Positions 13,976-27,837 of a stretch of 64,000 bases of DNA are shown here, one piece after another. Source of the DNA: Chrysomallon squamiferum (taxonomy: Eukaryota > Animalia > Mollusca); the NCBI GenBank assembly GCA_012295275.1, contig CM022679.1, forward strand, positions 13,702,001 through 13,766,000, in the 5' to 3' direction. Below the pieces are notes generated by a model that was not told the origin of the DNA, searched no databases, and worked only from the letters and a program-made list of their open reading frames with translations. The position numbers and the translations under genes were made by a program. The first letter of the stretch is position 1. The number at the start of each line of letters is the position of its first letter.

Positions 13976-14403
13976 CTATATAGTGTAGTATTTTATATAA
14001 CATAGTATATTATTAAAATGAAAATTCATTACAGTTTTGACCATCGCAAGTTCCCGAAAGCATCCACAGATTAAGTGAAAACTTTAAACGCTTTTGAATA
14101 TAAAATTATTACTGAAATCCTTCAGTAACCATAATACGATGTTTTCCGATAATGTTAATTTTCTTTCCGAAAGAGGTAATAAACATTCAGATGTTTGAAA
14201 TAAAAAACTTACAAAATGAAATCGTTGCAAAAAAGAAAACGTGGATCCGAATGGTTCGTAAGCATGCATTTTCTTGCCATTTTATTTTTCGACTATTTAA
14301 TGACAGTGATTATGTGCGACAGAGGTTGGTAAAATATTAGATGCTGACAACAAGAACGAACACTGCACAGATGGGAATGCAAGAGGCTTTCAAAACGTAA
14401 CAT

Positions 14404-14439
<36 letters not shown>

Positions 14440-14879
14440 ATCTAAATATTCCACTACTTTGTAAATAAAATAAGTTATAATAAGTGATATTTTAGATATA
14501 TGAATATTTAAATAAATAAATAAATAAATATAACTTTATAGAACATTTAACCTAACATTTGAATACATTTTTTCACAACTTTCTAGAATTAAAGAAATAT
14601 AAAATGAAATGTAAAATTTATTGATATCGTCAAAAACTAAATAGTTTGTGAATTATTAGGGCATACACTTAAATATCAATAGGTATGATTACGGCATGAT
14701 GATTTTAAGTTCTAAATTAAATTACTGTTTGTTTTGTTTTTGTTTTGTTTTTTATTAATTCCTTTTGTTTGGATAAATTATTTACTTCCCAGTCTTATTT
14801 CTTAAGTGTTTTTGTTTCCATTTTCTTTTCTGATCAAATTATATATTACAACTATACGCTTACTCGTGGGAGCCATATC

Positions 14880-15000
14880 TGATTGTTAAAACAATTGATC
14901 AGTTGTCTAACCATGACAACAGCGTTTCGATTGGTTTAAACTAATGACGTTGACATGAACCACATCGCGCATTGTCGTCAAACTACGCAAAACACATCTT
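14880..15000. promoter_or_regulatory. Candidate promoter upstream of the AT-hook gene
   Basis: Within about 50 bp: RFX half-site-like CCATGACAAC (14911-14920), ATTGG (14930-14934), TGACGT (14945-14950). Short motifs only. Confidence 0.3.
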
Positions 15001-15788
15001 TCAGCGGAAAGCGATTTTAAAAGCGTTAACTCAGCTTCTTTCACGCTTCACCCTATTACAAGTACTTTTTCTTTTAACTAATTCAATTCTTTGGTATGGA
15101 TTAAACTGAATTTCTAATATTCATAAACATATATTATAATTTCTGATTAAGATAAATTCATAATGGCCGAAAACAAATTGATTAGTTCAGACACATTCAG
15201 TGTTCTCTTCAACATATAAAAAGATACTGTTAACAAACTGGAAAACAATAATAGAGACTAACTGCATCAAAACGTTTATTTTATAATATGTTGGTTTTTG
15301 TCGGTCGTTTTCGGCACCATATTTCTGTGTTCTTTCAATTTTGATATTAAATGTGATCATCTGTAAACAGAATGTCTCAGGAGAGAGTTACTTGGGGGGG
15401 GGGGGCTTCCCAGTTGCACAGTCGTCCATACCCGGCTAAAAAAACAACAAAACAAAAACAACTGATGGCCACGTTTATGAATCTTCTAGTGCCCTCATTC
15501 ATGTATAACGCCTGAGAAACAGCAACCAGTATCAGTGGAAACTCGACTGTTTCCTTTCCTTAAGAAATCGCTGTTAATGGAAGAATGAGTGACTGTTATA
15601 TTGCTGAATTAGTTATTTATAATATTCTTGTCGTATTCTCTTACAGAAGCAAGCCATTTTTCTTTTCTTTCATTCTTTTTTCGTTTTGTTTTTTAATAGA
15701 TAGATGAAATTGATGTAAAATTGTTTATTGGTTGGTTGTTTTGTAACGGAAAGGAAATGTTTATGAATTAGAAATGACCAGTTTAAAA

Positions 15789-15789
<1 letters not shown>

Positions 15790-15834
<45 letters not shown>

Positions 15835-15902
15835 GTAACAGTAATTATAATAATAATAATAAGAAGAATACGAATAATAATAATAACAATAATAATAATA
15901 AT
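15790..15902. repeat. (AAT)n microsatellite
   Basis: Imperfect AAT run; explains the poly-N and poly-Y ORFs. Confidence 0.9.
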
Positions 15903-17589
15903 GTTGATGATGATGAGAAGGACAATAATGAAAAAGTAACAAATCTGCAACAAATGAGCAGTGAATGCTTATTCTGCTTTCGATTGATGTTACATAATCG
16001 ATTTAGGAACAATGCGCTCCGCCTCTAAATGTTAGAAAGAAACCAGATGTATGCACAGGCCAAGTTTATTATATACAGAAGTAATCAGGTATTGCGGTAG
16101 ACCAGCTTTTTCTACGAAATGGGAATTATACGAACTGGGAATTCTAACAAATGGGAAGACACCTTGCAGATTACTGCCATGTCAAGAGGAACCTTTGCTG
16201 TAGGCGTATGTCAGACTGCGGGCACAGTGAGGTTAAACCTGTGACAACACAAGTGTAAACTATTAAAGCGTACCTGTGGGTCTGATAAATTGTGTGATAA
16301 AATTCTTAATACTTATACTAATGTTTTGATACGCGAATGGTCTTTAATAGCAAAGTTTAAAAAAAATAATGATAATAATAATAATAATAATAATATATGG
16401 CGGACTAATAGCATTTTTTTTTTGTTTTGTTGTTGATATAACTCATTACAAATTAACACTGGACTGCAAAAACGTAACTTGGAAGTATAAAGAATATATT
16501 TATAATACATTTTTCTAATCAGCAAAGAGAGATTATAATTTCTATAAACTACATGTAAAGGAAATCATTAATTAATAAATTAAAAAGACAAAACAAAACA
16601 ACAGAAGAAGAAGAGAAATAATATTTAAAGTAAAAAATAAATAATGGAAGTGATGATGGCAGTAGCATCAGTAATAGTAGTGGTAGTTGTAGTAGTAGTA
16701 GCAATAGTAGTAATGAACTTCATCAACAAAACCTGAGAATTGTGAGCAAACAATTCAAATCTATCTATGTATGTATGTATGTATGTATGTATGAATGTAT
16801 GTATGTATGTATCTATCTATCTATCTATCTGTCTGTCTATCTATCTATGTATCTATCTATCTATGAAAAAGCAATCGGTGATATTATAGTCTCTCAAGCC
16901 TCCCATAAGTTTGTTAACGACATAATTATTTTCCTCCTCTAATTTCTTATCCAGCCTCTGTTTTAAAAATAGAAATCGAAAACCAAAATTTATATCCGAA
17001 AATTGAGCGATATAGGACATATTATTATATTCTGCTTTATAAACATATTTCTATTTACTTTTGAATCATTTTATTATTTATTTTTTATTTTTATTTTTAT
17101 TTTTATTTAATTTAATTTTATTTAATTTTATTTTAAATCATAAGAAAATGTGTAATCATATGTAATCAATGTTACCTGTCCCGTAGCTGTATTTGCAGAT
17201 GCAATGACAGGCTTTCTTTTCCTTCTTTCTTTCTTTCTTTCTTTCTTATTTATTTATTTGTTATTTTTATTGTAACATTTTGTAATGTTTTTAGATGTTT
17301 ATTATTATTATTATTGTTATTATTGCAATATTTTATTTATTTATATATTTTTAATTTAACAATTTTGATATAAAACCATCATATGTTAACTTATGTTCAT
17401 GTACTGAATATTTTACAAAGCAATATCGCTATGCCATTATTTTATAATTAAAACAAGAGAAAAAGGGGAGAGAGAAAAAAAGGCTTCTTGAATGCTTCGT
17501 CTTTATTTTATGTACTTTGGGATTAACTTGAAGAAGCAATAATAATAATAATTAAACTTTAAAAAATTAATAATAATAATAACAAATTA

Positions 17590-20500
17590 AAATAGAGTCA
17601 TATAATTTCCGGTATGGATTTACTATTAATTTGGAAATTCCTTTTTCTTAACATATACCGTATGAAATTTGCTTAATTTGTTTTTGTCTGTATATTGTTC
17701 TTATATTATTATATTACCGTATTAAATAAACGTTATGTGTCTTAAGTTTAATGTTTTGGTAAATTTGAGTGTTTTTGTTTAGATTCGCGATTTCACAGAC
17801 TTTTGTATTAACTCTATCGCTCTATGAAATCGAGTGCCACCTGTAAATTATTAAAAATATTGTATAGAATTAATTAGCTGCATACTTTCTGTAAAATCTG
17901 TCTACGAAATATGAACGTTGTCAGAATGTCTAAGGTAAATAATGACACGGCAAAATAACTTTTTCTATATTTTCGAAAGAAATTAAAAAAATACAACAAA
18001 TAAAATAATAAATAAATAAATAAATAAATAAAAAAAAAAAAATAAACTAAAATAAAGACGTGCAATTTCCGGTACGGATTTACTTTTAATTTGGAGAATA
18101 GAACTATTTATATCGCTTACGCGACACGTGATTATTTTGTCTGAATAAAGCTGAATACACGTCATTTCCCGCTTGAAACCTTGCCTCTACGTACTATTAA
18201 GTTATTCTGTGTTCAACTATAAGATCGCGACAGCCCCTTCTGAATCAATTTCCATCAAGGTAAGAATACCTTTTACAATTCACCTATAACTATACCCAAC
18301 CTAGTCTATATTTTTTTTATTCCTTCCTTTTTTCTTAACATATACCGTATGAAATTTGTTTAATTTTTTTTTGTCTGTATGTTGTTTATATATATTATTA
18401 CATTACCGTATTAACTTTAGATGTTTATGTGTTCAGAAAAGTTTAATGTTTTGGCTTGAAATTTGAGGGTTAATATTTAGATTAAATTATTTCCAGACTA
18501 TTTTGTATTAACTCTATTGCTCTGTGAAATCGAGTGTCACCTGTAAATTATTAAAACATATTGTATAGAATTATTTACCAGCATAACTGTCTGTATGAAA
18601 TTTGTTTAATTTGTTACGAAATATGAACGTTGTGAGAATATCTAAGGTAAAAAAATGACATGTTCTTAAAAATAACGTTTTGTATATTTTTCGAAAGAAA
18701 TTAAAAAAATAATAATAATAAAATTAAAAACAATAAAAAATAAATAAATAAATAATATTAATAATAATAATACATAAATTAATAAATTAAATAAACAATA
18801 ATAAAATATGCAAAATAAAAAATATTTTTTTAAAATAAAAAATTGTAACTGAATATATTAAATAAATAAATTGGTCGCTTATCATGATCTTTAATAGTGT
18901 ACTATTGTTTCTTTGTAATTAAATAACTTCAATATAATGATGTAAATAAAAAAAAACCATATATTATATTATTTTTATATATTATTAAATAAATAAAGGA
19001 TAGCTTATCAAATGATAAAACAGTAGGGGATTACAGTTTCTTTTATTTTCCAAAAGACCAACAATGGATTAACATTTTACATTATATTACAAAATGGGAG
19101 ATGGAATCAGCATATTCTGTTGCAGTTTACTGCCATGTCAAGAGGAACATTTGCTTTAGGCGTATGTCTGACTGCGGGCACAGTGAGGTTAAACCTGTAA
19201 CAACACAAATGTTAACTATTAAAGCGTACCTGTGGGTCTGATAACTGGTTTGATAAAATTATTTTTACTTATATTATTCTTTTGATAGGCGAACGGTGTT
19301 TTATATCAAAGTTTAACAATAATAATAATAATAATAATAATCATAATAATCATAATAATAATAATAATAATAGAAAAGATAAAGAAAAAAGAGATGGAAG
19401 TGAAACTAATAATAATTATCTTTCGATCAACTTTTTACGATGTGAGAATAAGGAAACATTTGTCAGTGTCAGTCCTTGTTTGCGAATCAACCTGTAAGTC
19501 TATTATTAGTCCACCCACTGCTCCACTAGGTGCGTATCTAGAATTTGAAGGAGATACATGTATCTTTGATATCAGATTTCTAGCTAATTTTTGCTTCCCA
19601 TTATGTTATTAAATATTTAATATGCATTACAAAAATAATCTTACTTTCAAGGATTGTTATAGAAATATAAATTTATTCAAAGCAAATAAAATTTGTATCA
19701 CTAGATCTCTTATATTATTTTTTCACCCACCTTTAGTAAACATCCTTTACAAGAGCTTTGTATATAACTACAGAAATTGATGAAACTAAAAATATACTAA
19801 AACAGCGGATAAAGGAGAAGAGATATCAAGTTATTATTAACTTATTGTTTTAGGCAACTTCTCTTCAGTAAAAACAATATAAAACAATACATCTGAACGC
19901 CGCCATTTTAACTAATCACAGCTGATGTAGTAACATCATCGCGTATATGGCGGACTAATAGCAGTTAGTATCTTTCCTCTTTTGTTCATATACTTCGTTA
20001 CAAATTAACACTGGACTGTAAAAACGTAACTTGGAAGTATAAAGAATATATTTATGTAATTACCAAAGATAGATTATAGTTTCTATAAACTACATGTAAA
20101 GGAAATCATTAATTAATAAACTAAAAAGACAAAACAACAACAACAACAACAGAAGAATAAGAGTAATAATATTTAAAATAAAAAATAAATAATTTAAGTG
20201 ATGATGGCAGCAGCATCAGTAATAGTAGTGGTAGTGGTAGTTGTAGTAGTAGTAGCAATAGTAGTAAGGAACTTCATCAACAAAACCTGAGAATTATGAG
20301 CAAACAATTCAAATCTATCTATCTATCTATCATCTATCTATGAAAAAGCAATATTATATTCTGTTTCATAAACATATTTTTATTTTATTTTGAATCATTT
20401 TTCTTTTTTTTAATTTAATTTAATTTAATTTAACTTTTTTATTATTATTATTTTATTTTGAGTCATATGAAAATGTGTAATCATATGTAATCAATGTTAT

Positions 20501-22048
20501 CTGTCCCGTAGCTGTATTTGCAGATGCAATTACTGGCTTTCTTTTCCTTCTTTCTTTCTTTCTTATTTTTTTCTTATTTTTATTGTAACTTTTTGTAATG
20601 TTTTTAGATGTCTATTATTATTATTGTTATTATTGCAATATTTTATTTATTATATAATATTTTTAATTATAATTTTGACATAAAACCATCATTTGTTAAC
20701 TTATGCTCATGTACTGAATATCTTACAAAGTAATATCTATATGCCATTATTTTATAATTAAAGCAAAAAAAAAATGTATTAATAGTTCGTAATGTTTCGT
20801 AATGTCTTTATTTTATGTACTTTGTGATTAACGCGACACGTGATTATTTTGTCTGAATAAAGCTGAACACACGTCATTTCCCGCTTGAAACCTTGCCTCT
20901 ACGTACTATTAACTGATTCTTTGAGACGAAAGTGAACACAAAAGGAAATAATTACAGGAAAGCAAATCATCCAGGTAAGTAAAATTACTAAACTTTAATG
21001 TATTGGTAAATTTTAGGGTTAGTATTTAGATTCGCGATTTCCCAGACTTTTGTATTTTCCGGACTTGTGTTAACTCTATTGCTCTGTGAAATCGAGTGTC
21101 ACCTGTAAAGTATTAAAATTACTGTATAGAAGTAGTTACCTGCAGACTGTCTGTATAATCTATGTATTAAATATGAACGTTGTGAGAATATCTAAATTAA
21201 ATAATGACATGGCAAAATAACGTTTTCTATATTTTCAAAAGAAAAAAAAAAAATAATAATAAAAAAAAAAAAAAAAAAAAAAAAACAAAAACAAATAAAT
21301 AAACAAATAAATAAATAAATAAAAAAATAAAAATAAAATAAAATAAAGACGTGCAATTTCCGGTATGGATTTACTTTTAATTTGGAAAATAGAACTATTT
21401 ATATCGCTTACGCGACACGTGATTATTTTGTCTGAATAAAGCTGAAGACACGTCATTTCCCGCTTGAAACCTTGCGTCTACGTACTATTAACTTATTCTA
21501 TGTTCAACTATACGATTGCGGCAGTCCTATCTCAATCCAATTTCCATCAAGATAAGAATACATTTTACAATTCATTCATAACTTTACCAAACGTAGTCTA
21601 CATTTTTGTTCCGTTCCTTTTTCTTAACATATACCGTATGAAATTTGTTTAATTTGTTTTTGTCTGTATATTGTTCGTAGATTGTTATATTACCGTATTA
21701 AATAAATGTTATGTGTTCTAAAGTTTAATGTTTTGGTAAATTTGAGGGTTAATATTTAGATTCGCGATTTCCCAGACTTTTGTATTAACTCTATTGCTCT
21801 AAGAAATCGAGTGTCGCCTGTAAATTATTAAAAAATATTGTATAGAATTAATTACCTGCATACTGTCTGTATAATCTGTCTACGAAATATGAACGTTGTG
21901 AGAATATCTAAGGTAAATAATGACATGGGAAAATAACGTTTTGTATATTTTCGAAAGAAATAAAAAAATAAAATAAAATAAAATAAAATAAAATAAAAAT
22001 ACAAATACAAAGAAATAAATATATAAATAAAAAAGCAATAATAAATAG

Positions 22049-22094
<46 letters not shown>

Positions 22095-22680
22095 ATACAT
22101 ACATACATACATACATACATACATACATACATACATACATACATACATACATAAATAAGTTAAATAAACAATAATAAAATATGTAAATAAAAAATATGTT
22201 TATAAATATAAAAAAGGAATAAAAAATAAAAATTATAGTTTGCGACATGGATTTATTTTTAACATGGAAATTCCGAACTGTTTATATCTCTTAAACGAAA
22301 CGTGATTTAAGGTTAATCTGTCATTTCCGATATGAAACCTTGCCTCTAGGTACTTTTTAGTTATTCTGTGTTCAGCTACACGATCACGCAGCCCTCTGCT
22401 AATCCACTTTCCATCAAGGTAAGAGTACATTTTACAATTCACCCACAACTATACCCAACGCACTCTACATTTTTCTTCTGTTCCTTTTTCTTATACCGTA
22501 TGAAATTTCTTTAATTTGTTTTTGTCTGTATAATGTTTTTAGATTATTATATTACCGTATTAAATAAATGTTATGTTTTCTTAAGTTTAATGTTTTGGTA
22601 AATTTGAGGGTTAATATTTAGATTCGCGATTTCTCAGACTTTTGTATTAACTCTATTGCTCTATGAAATCGAGTGTCACC
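17590..22680 (+). repeat. Reiterated ~0.7-kb module (GAAATCGAGTGTCACCTGTAAATTATT...)
   Basis: Copies near 1, 17827, 18527, 21088, 21803, 22666; inverted copies near 37170, 49930, 54400. Always upstream of, and co-oriented with, a receptor copy or a paralogous position. Confidence 0.8.
19021..19190 (+). pseudogene. Orphan copy of the receptor leader segment without CRD (also about 16145-16235 + and 36500-36690 -)
   Basis: Aligns to the sequence just 5' of the CRD in copies C and D (AAAATGGGAGA...GGAACATTTGCT.TAGGCGTA), then diverges. Confidence 0.6.
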
Positions 22681-23952
22681 AACAAGCTGAAAACAACGAG
22701 AAAAATGCGGACCATAACATTCTGCAAAAAGAAGGTCTTTTATAAACATGACCATGTTTTCAAATAATAATAATACTAATAGACATAGCTGACATTTAGC
22801 TATATTCGAATTACCTATATATGAATAATATATATGCCCATACACAGCATTGAACAGAAAAAATGAAGAAGGAAATGTTTTATTTCATGACACACTCAAC
22901 ACTTTTTATTTACGGTTATGTGGTGTCGGACATACGGTTAAGGACCACATTATATTGAGAGAGGAAACCCGCTGTTGCCACTTCATGGGCTACTATTTTT
23001 GATTCGCAGTACCATCCCACAGATAGAGTAGCATATACCAATTATAGTGCACTGGTTGGACTAATGGATCCACAGACAGTGTTAAAAAAACGAAAAACAG
23101 TAATGTGTGTGTGTTGCATATGTCCAAAATTGGTTTTGAGGTGAATTCAAACTAAACAGCTGGACGATTTATTGTAAAAGTTCAACTATTACAAATAGTC
23201 ATGAAAAGACACGTGTGTTATTTCTTATATTCTGGTTTGTTACTTTTCTTTTTTCTTTGCACTGTAATAAACCATGCTGCAATATCAGTTAATACCAAAA
23301 TACACTCATCCAGTTTTACAGGAGCAGTCAGCCTCTGATAGTTGTTTCGTCACCAAGCAAACTTGAATATGTGGTTTGTGTGTCGAGTCGTTTTTCATCA
23401 TGGAACACCAGCATCTCGCATTCACTTTCGGTTAATTTTTGTCGGACATTTTTGTTATCATTGATGTAGCCTTGTCGTCGATGCAGATATAATGGACTGA
23501 TAGCTACAGTTTGTTTGACAACATTAAAAAATAATAATAATAAAAAACAAAAATGAAGAAAATTATTATTTAAGGCAAGATAGCAGAGACATAAATGGAC
23601 ATAACTGAAAAGTATGCAGAATATATATATAATATGTGTTTATGAGTGTATGTGTGTATGTACATATATATGTTGTTTAGGATTTTGAATATTCTCTGTG
23701 AAATCTACGTCTGAATAGACTCTTCACAGACAATATTCGGGAACGCTGTGGTGCAGGAGGGTAAAATCCAGTCACGACTTCAAACCCTCGTCAGATGCCG
23801 CACATATGACACCCTGTCGCTCGCACTACTGTTCGGTCATCAAGACCACCTTTATACACACACACACACACGCACATATACAGGTACTTCTATGTGTGTG
23901 TGTGTGTGTGTCTATATATATATATGTGTACGTATGTATGTATGTATGTATG

Positions 23953-23987
<35 letters not shown>

Positions 23988-24064
23988 GTATGTATTTTTG
24001 CATAACCAAATACACTCTTTAATTGGAATTTAGAGAAATAATAACAGTACAGTTTTATTTTCAG

Positions 24065-25424
24065 ACGTAGACAAGATGACCACTGGAACAACGTATAGAT
24101 GTGGCAACGATGTATGTGATGAGATAGAACATTATTGTGTACGTGAAGATGAGAGGTGCTATTACTGCAAAGACATCAGTGATTTGTGCTTCACAACGCG
24201 TTTGGATTTCCCTAAACAGTGTACTCGTTTCTGTAAAAGTAGGTAGATGTGTATGTATGTATGTATGTGAGTTTGTGTTTGTGTGTGTGTTTAATTGTAT
24301 GTATGTGTGTGTGTTTAGTTGCATGTATGTTTGTGTGTGTTTCTGTATGCAGTTGTGTGTATTTGTCCTTTGTGTGTTAGTATCCGCATGTATGTTTTTG
24401 AATATTTATGCATGAGTATGTGTATAAAGATTTCTAATAAGAAATATTTTTGCTATGTGTATGTTTTAAAATGTTTCTATAAAGCAGGTCTTTCTAGGCT
24501 AGATGATACTATATTTTATAACAGTACTGTAACATTTTTATTATGTCTTGTTATTTTACAAATAAACAATAAATAAATAAGCAGATAAACAAACAAACAA
24601 ATAAATAAATAAACACACAGATCTTCACAAAGTTAGTTACAACTTTTGTTTTTGATCTCATTTTGTACAGAGTAACAACTTTTCTGTGTGCTTATTTCAC
24701 AGATTTTATTTGTTTTCTGTTTTGGTTTCAGATTTCCTTGATAATCAGACAAAAAAAGGTAAAGCTTTTTATTATAGCCACAAAATAATGAATGTTTGTG
24801 TATATCTGTGTGTGTGTATGTGTTTGTGAATGTGTATTTGTCTGCATATGTGTACGAGTATATATGTATGTGTGTATCTTTGTATGTTCACTATGTATGT
24901 ATGTATGCATGTATATATTATGCAGTGTATGTGTATGTACGTTGGAATGTATGTATAGTATGTATGTATGTGTGTGTATGTATGTTTATAGGTATGTGTG
25001 TTTGCATATATATTTGTGTATGTAGGTATTTATGCATAGTATATATATATGTGTGTGTGTATATATATATATATATAACACTACTGTCACAATTTTTATG
25101 TGTTTCATTATTTGAAAAATAAATAAATAAATAAATAAACAGGCAAACCACGAAACAAACAATTAAACAAACAAATAAATAGGTAAGTAAATAAATAAAT
25201 AAACAGGCAAACAAACAAACACAGAGATTTTCACTGTTTACAAGTTTTTTGTTTTTAATCTCATTTTGTACAGAGTAAGAACTTTTCTCTGTGCTTATTT
25301 CACAGATTATATTTGTATTTTGGTTTTGTTTCAGCTTTCATTTCTAATCAGACAAAGACAGGTAAAGCGTTTTATTATTACAGCTAAAAAATTATAAATG
25401 TTTGTGAGTGTATATCTAAGATTA

Positions 25425-25462
<38 letters not shown>

Positions 25463-25754
25463 TACATAGCTACGTATATTTATGTGGATATATGTGTGTA
25501 TGAATGCATGTATGCATGTATATACAGACGCACACACACTCTCTCTCTCTCATATATAGCCAAAGGACCAATGCACCCTATAATATATATTACATGATCA
25601 ACTTTAAGTCAACTTGAATCCGTGTTTAAGAATTAAAAAACACAGGCATAGGAATGTTTTCATTAAAAAAAACTTAAAGTTGATCATGTAATATATATTA
25701 TAGGGTGCATTGGTCCTTTTGCTATATATTTGTGCATGAGAGAGAGAGAGAGAG

Positions 25755-25805
<51 letters not shown>

Positions 25806-26928
25806 ATTAGAGGTTTCTAATTAAAAATGTTTTTGCTATGTGTATGTTTTAAAATGTGTCTATAAAGCAGGTCTTTCTAGGCAAGATGATGCTATATTTT
25901 ATAACAGTACGGTAATGTTTTTATTATGTGTTTCGTTATTTGATAAATAAATAAATAAAAAATAAATAAATAAACAGACAAACAATCAAATAAACAAATA
26001 AATAAATAAACGTTTGTGTTTTTGATCTCAGTTTATACACAGTAACAATTTTTCTCTGTGTTTATTTCACCAGATTATATTTTTTTTTGTTGTTTTTGTT
26101 TCAGATTTCCTTGGCAGTCAAATAACAGAAAGTAAGGCTTATTATTACTACAGCCATGAAATAATAAATGCTCGTGTATGCATATCTGTGCTTATGTGTA
26201 TGTATGTATGTATGTATGTATGTATATATGTATGTATTACGGCAGTGTTTGTGTATGTATGAATGTATGTATATATTTTATGGCAGTGAATGTGTATGTG
26301 TGTTTGTGTGTGTGTTTGTATATATGTATGTGTGTATGTTTGTATATATGTATGTATGTGTGTTTGTATATATGTATGTGTGTGTGTTTGTATATATGTA
26401 TGTATGTGTGTTTGTATATATGTATGTGTGTGTGTTTGTATATATGTATGTGTGTATGTTTGTATATATGTATGTGTGTGTGTTTGTATATATGTATGTG
26501 TGTGTGTTTGTATATATGTATGTGTGTATGTTTGTATATATGTATGTGTGTGTGTTTGTATATATGTATGTGTGTATGTTTGTATATATGTATGTGTGTG
26601 TGTTTGTATATATATATATGTGTGTATGTTTGTATATGTATATGTACTAAGGCAGCAGTCGAGTTTGCTTGATAAAAATGGCTAAATTTATAGTTTTTTC
26701 TAAAGGTGATGTTACAAAGTTACTTTGATTGTATTTCAGATCTTCCAGAGGATAACAAAGTCCTTTATATAGCACTTTTCATAGCATGTCTAATAGCAGT
26801 AGTAGTATTATCATTTGCAACTGTACAGTTTTTCCTAAAATGGAGAAAACTGAGTAAGAACAAACATGAACACGATGTTGAAAGAAATGAAGAACAAACA
26901 GAACTAATGAAAAAAGAAAAAACAGCAG
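24065..26928 (+). CDS. TNFR-like gene copy B; exons 24065-24238, 24732-24758, 25335-25361, 26105-26131, 26740-26928; tail exon not seen before the gap
   Basis: From ATG 24076: MTTGTTYRCGNDVCDEIEHYCVREDERCYYCKDISDLCFTTRLDFPKQCTRFCK-NFLDNQTKK-AFISNQTKT-DFLGSQITE-NLPEDNKVLYIALFIACLIAVVVLSFATVQFFLKWRKLSKNK...; all splice sites canonical. Confidence 0.78.
26310..26640. repeat. 24-bp minisatellite (GTTTGTATATATGTATGTGTGTRT)n, about 12 units
   Basis: Visible tandem periodicity in the intron before the TM exon of copy B. Confidence 0.85.
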
Positions 26929-27637
26929 GTGAGTTATAGATCTATTTTTCCAGTTATCAAAGTCTGAAAAAACACTCACACACACAAACAAACAACACTG
27001 CACGTTTCAGTTCAGATTAATTTCAAATTCTGTCAAACTACATAAATTTGTTGTTGCGTGCCAGTCAATGGTCAAAATGCACTGTGTATTCTTTCAATAT
27101 TTTATTTGTTTCTTCTAACCAATTTTTACTAATAAAGAATGGATGCTGTTGTTGCAGAAGTAACATACGAACTCTGACATCTCCTTGCTTTCTAAATGTC
27201 TGTATGACTGGATATCTACCTGCGTGTGTGTGTGTGTGTGTGTGCGTGCGTGCGTGCGTGTGTGTGTGTATGGAGAGATATGTATTACGACTGTTATGAA
27301 AATGATTTTGTCTATTTGTACGATTTCCCAAATGTTTGAGTCTATTGTATGATTTCTCATTACTCATTTGTATTTAAGTGTATTTAATTAATGTTGCTGC
27401 TTTTTTATTACCTGCCAAAGTCTGTCATTGTTTGACTGTGAGAAGCATCCTTGAGAATAGTTTGATCCTATTAGCATGTTAATTTTGTCACTCACTCACT
27501 CATGCATGCATCATTCACTAACCCATCCATTGACTTACTTACTCTCATACATATACATGAGAGTGAGTAAGTCATTATATATATTTAGATATATATATAT
27601 ATATATATCTTTACACACACACACACACACACACACA

Positions 27638-27837
27638 NNNNNNNNNNNNNNNNNNNNNNNNNNNNNNNNNNNNNNNNNNNNNNNNNNNNNNNNNNNNNNN
27701 NNNNNNNNNNNNNNNNNNNNNNNNNNNNNNNNNNNNNNNNNNNNNNNNNNNNNNNNNNNNNNNNNNNNNNNNNNNNNNNNNNNNNNNNNNNNNNNNNNNN
27801 NNNNNNNNNNNNNNNNNNNNNNNNNNNNNNNNNNNNN
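27638..27837. other. Assembly gap (200 N)
   Basis: N run; receptor gene orientation flips across it. Confidence 0.99.

Noticed and set aside
14210-14280. MARKCML... as the first coding exon of the AT-hook gene
   Set aside because: It has a good GTAAGT donor but ends in phase 2, which does not fit the phase-0 exon at 13975; more likely a 5' UTR exon.
26168-26685. Long VC/MY/HT-rich ORFs here and at 2.1-4.2, 23.7-25.5, 48-49.7 and 62.6-64 kb
   Set aside because: Translations of (GT/AT/GTAT)n microsatellites, open in several frames at once.
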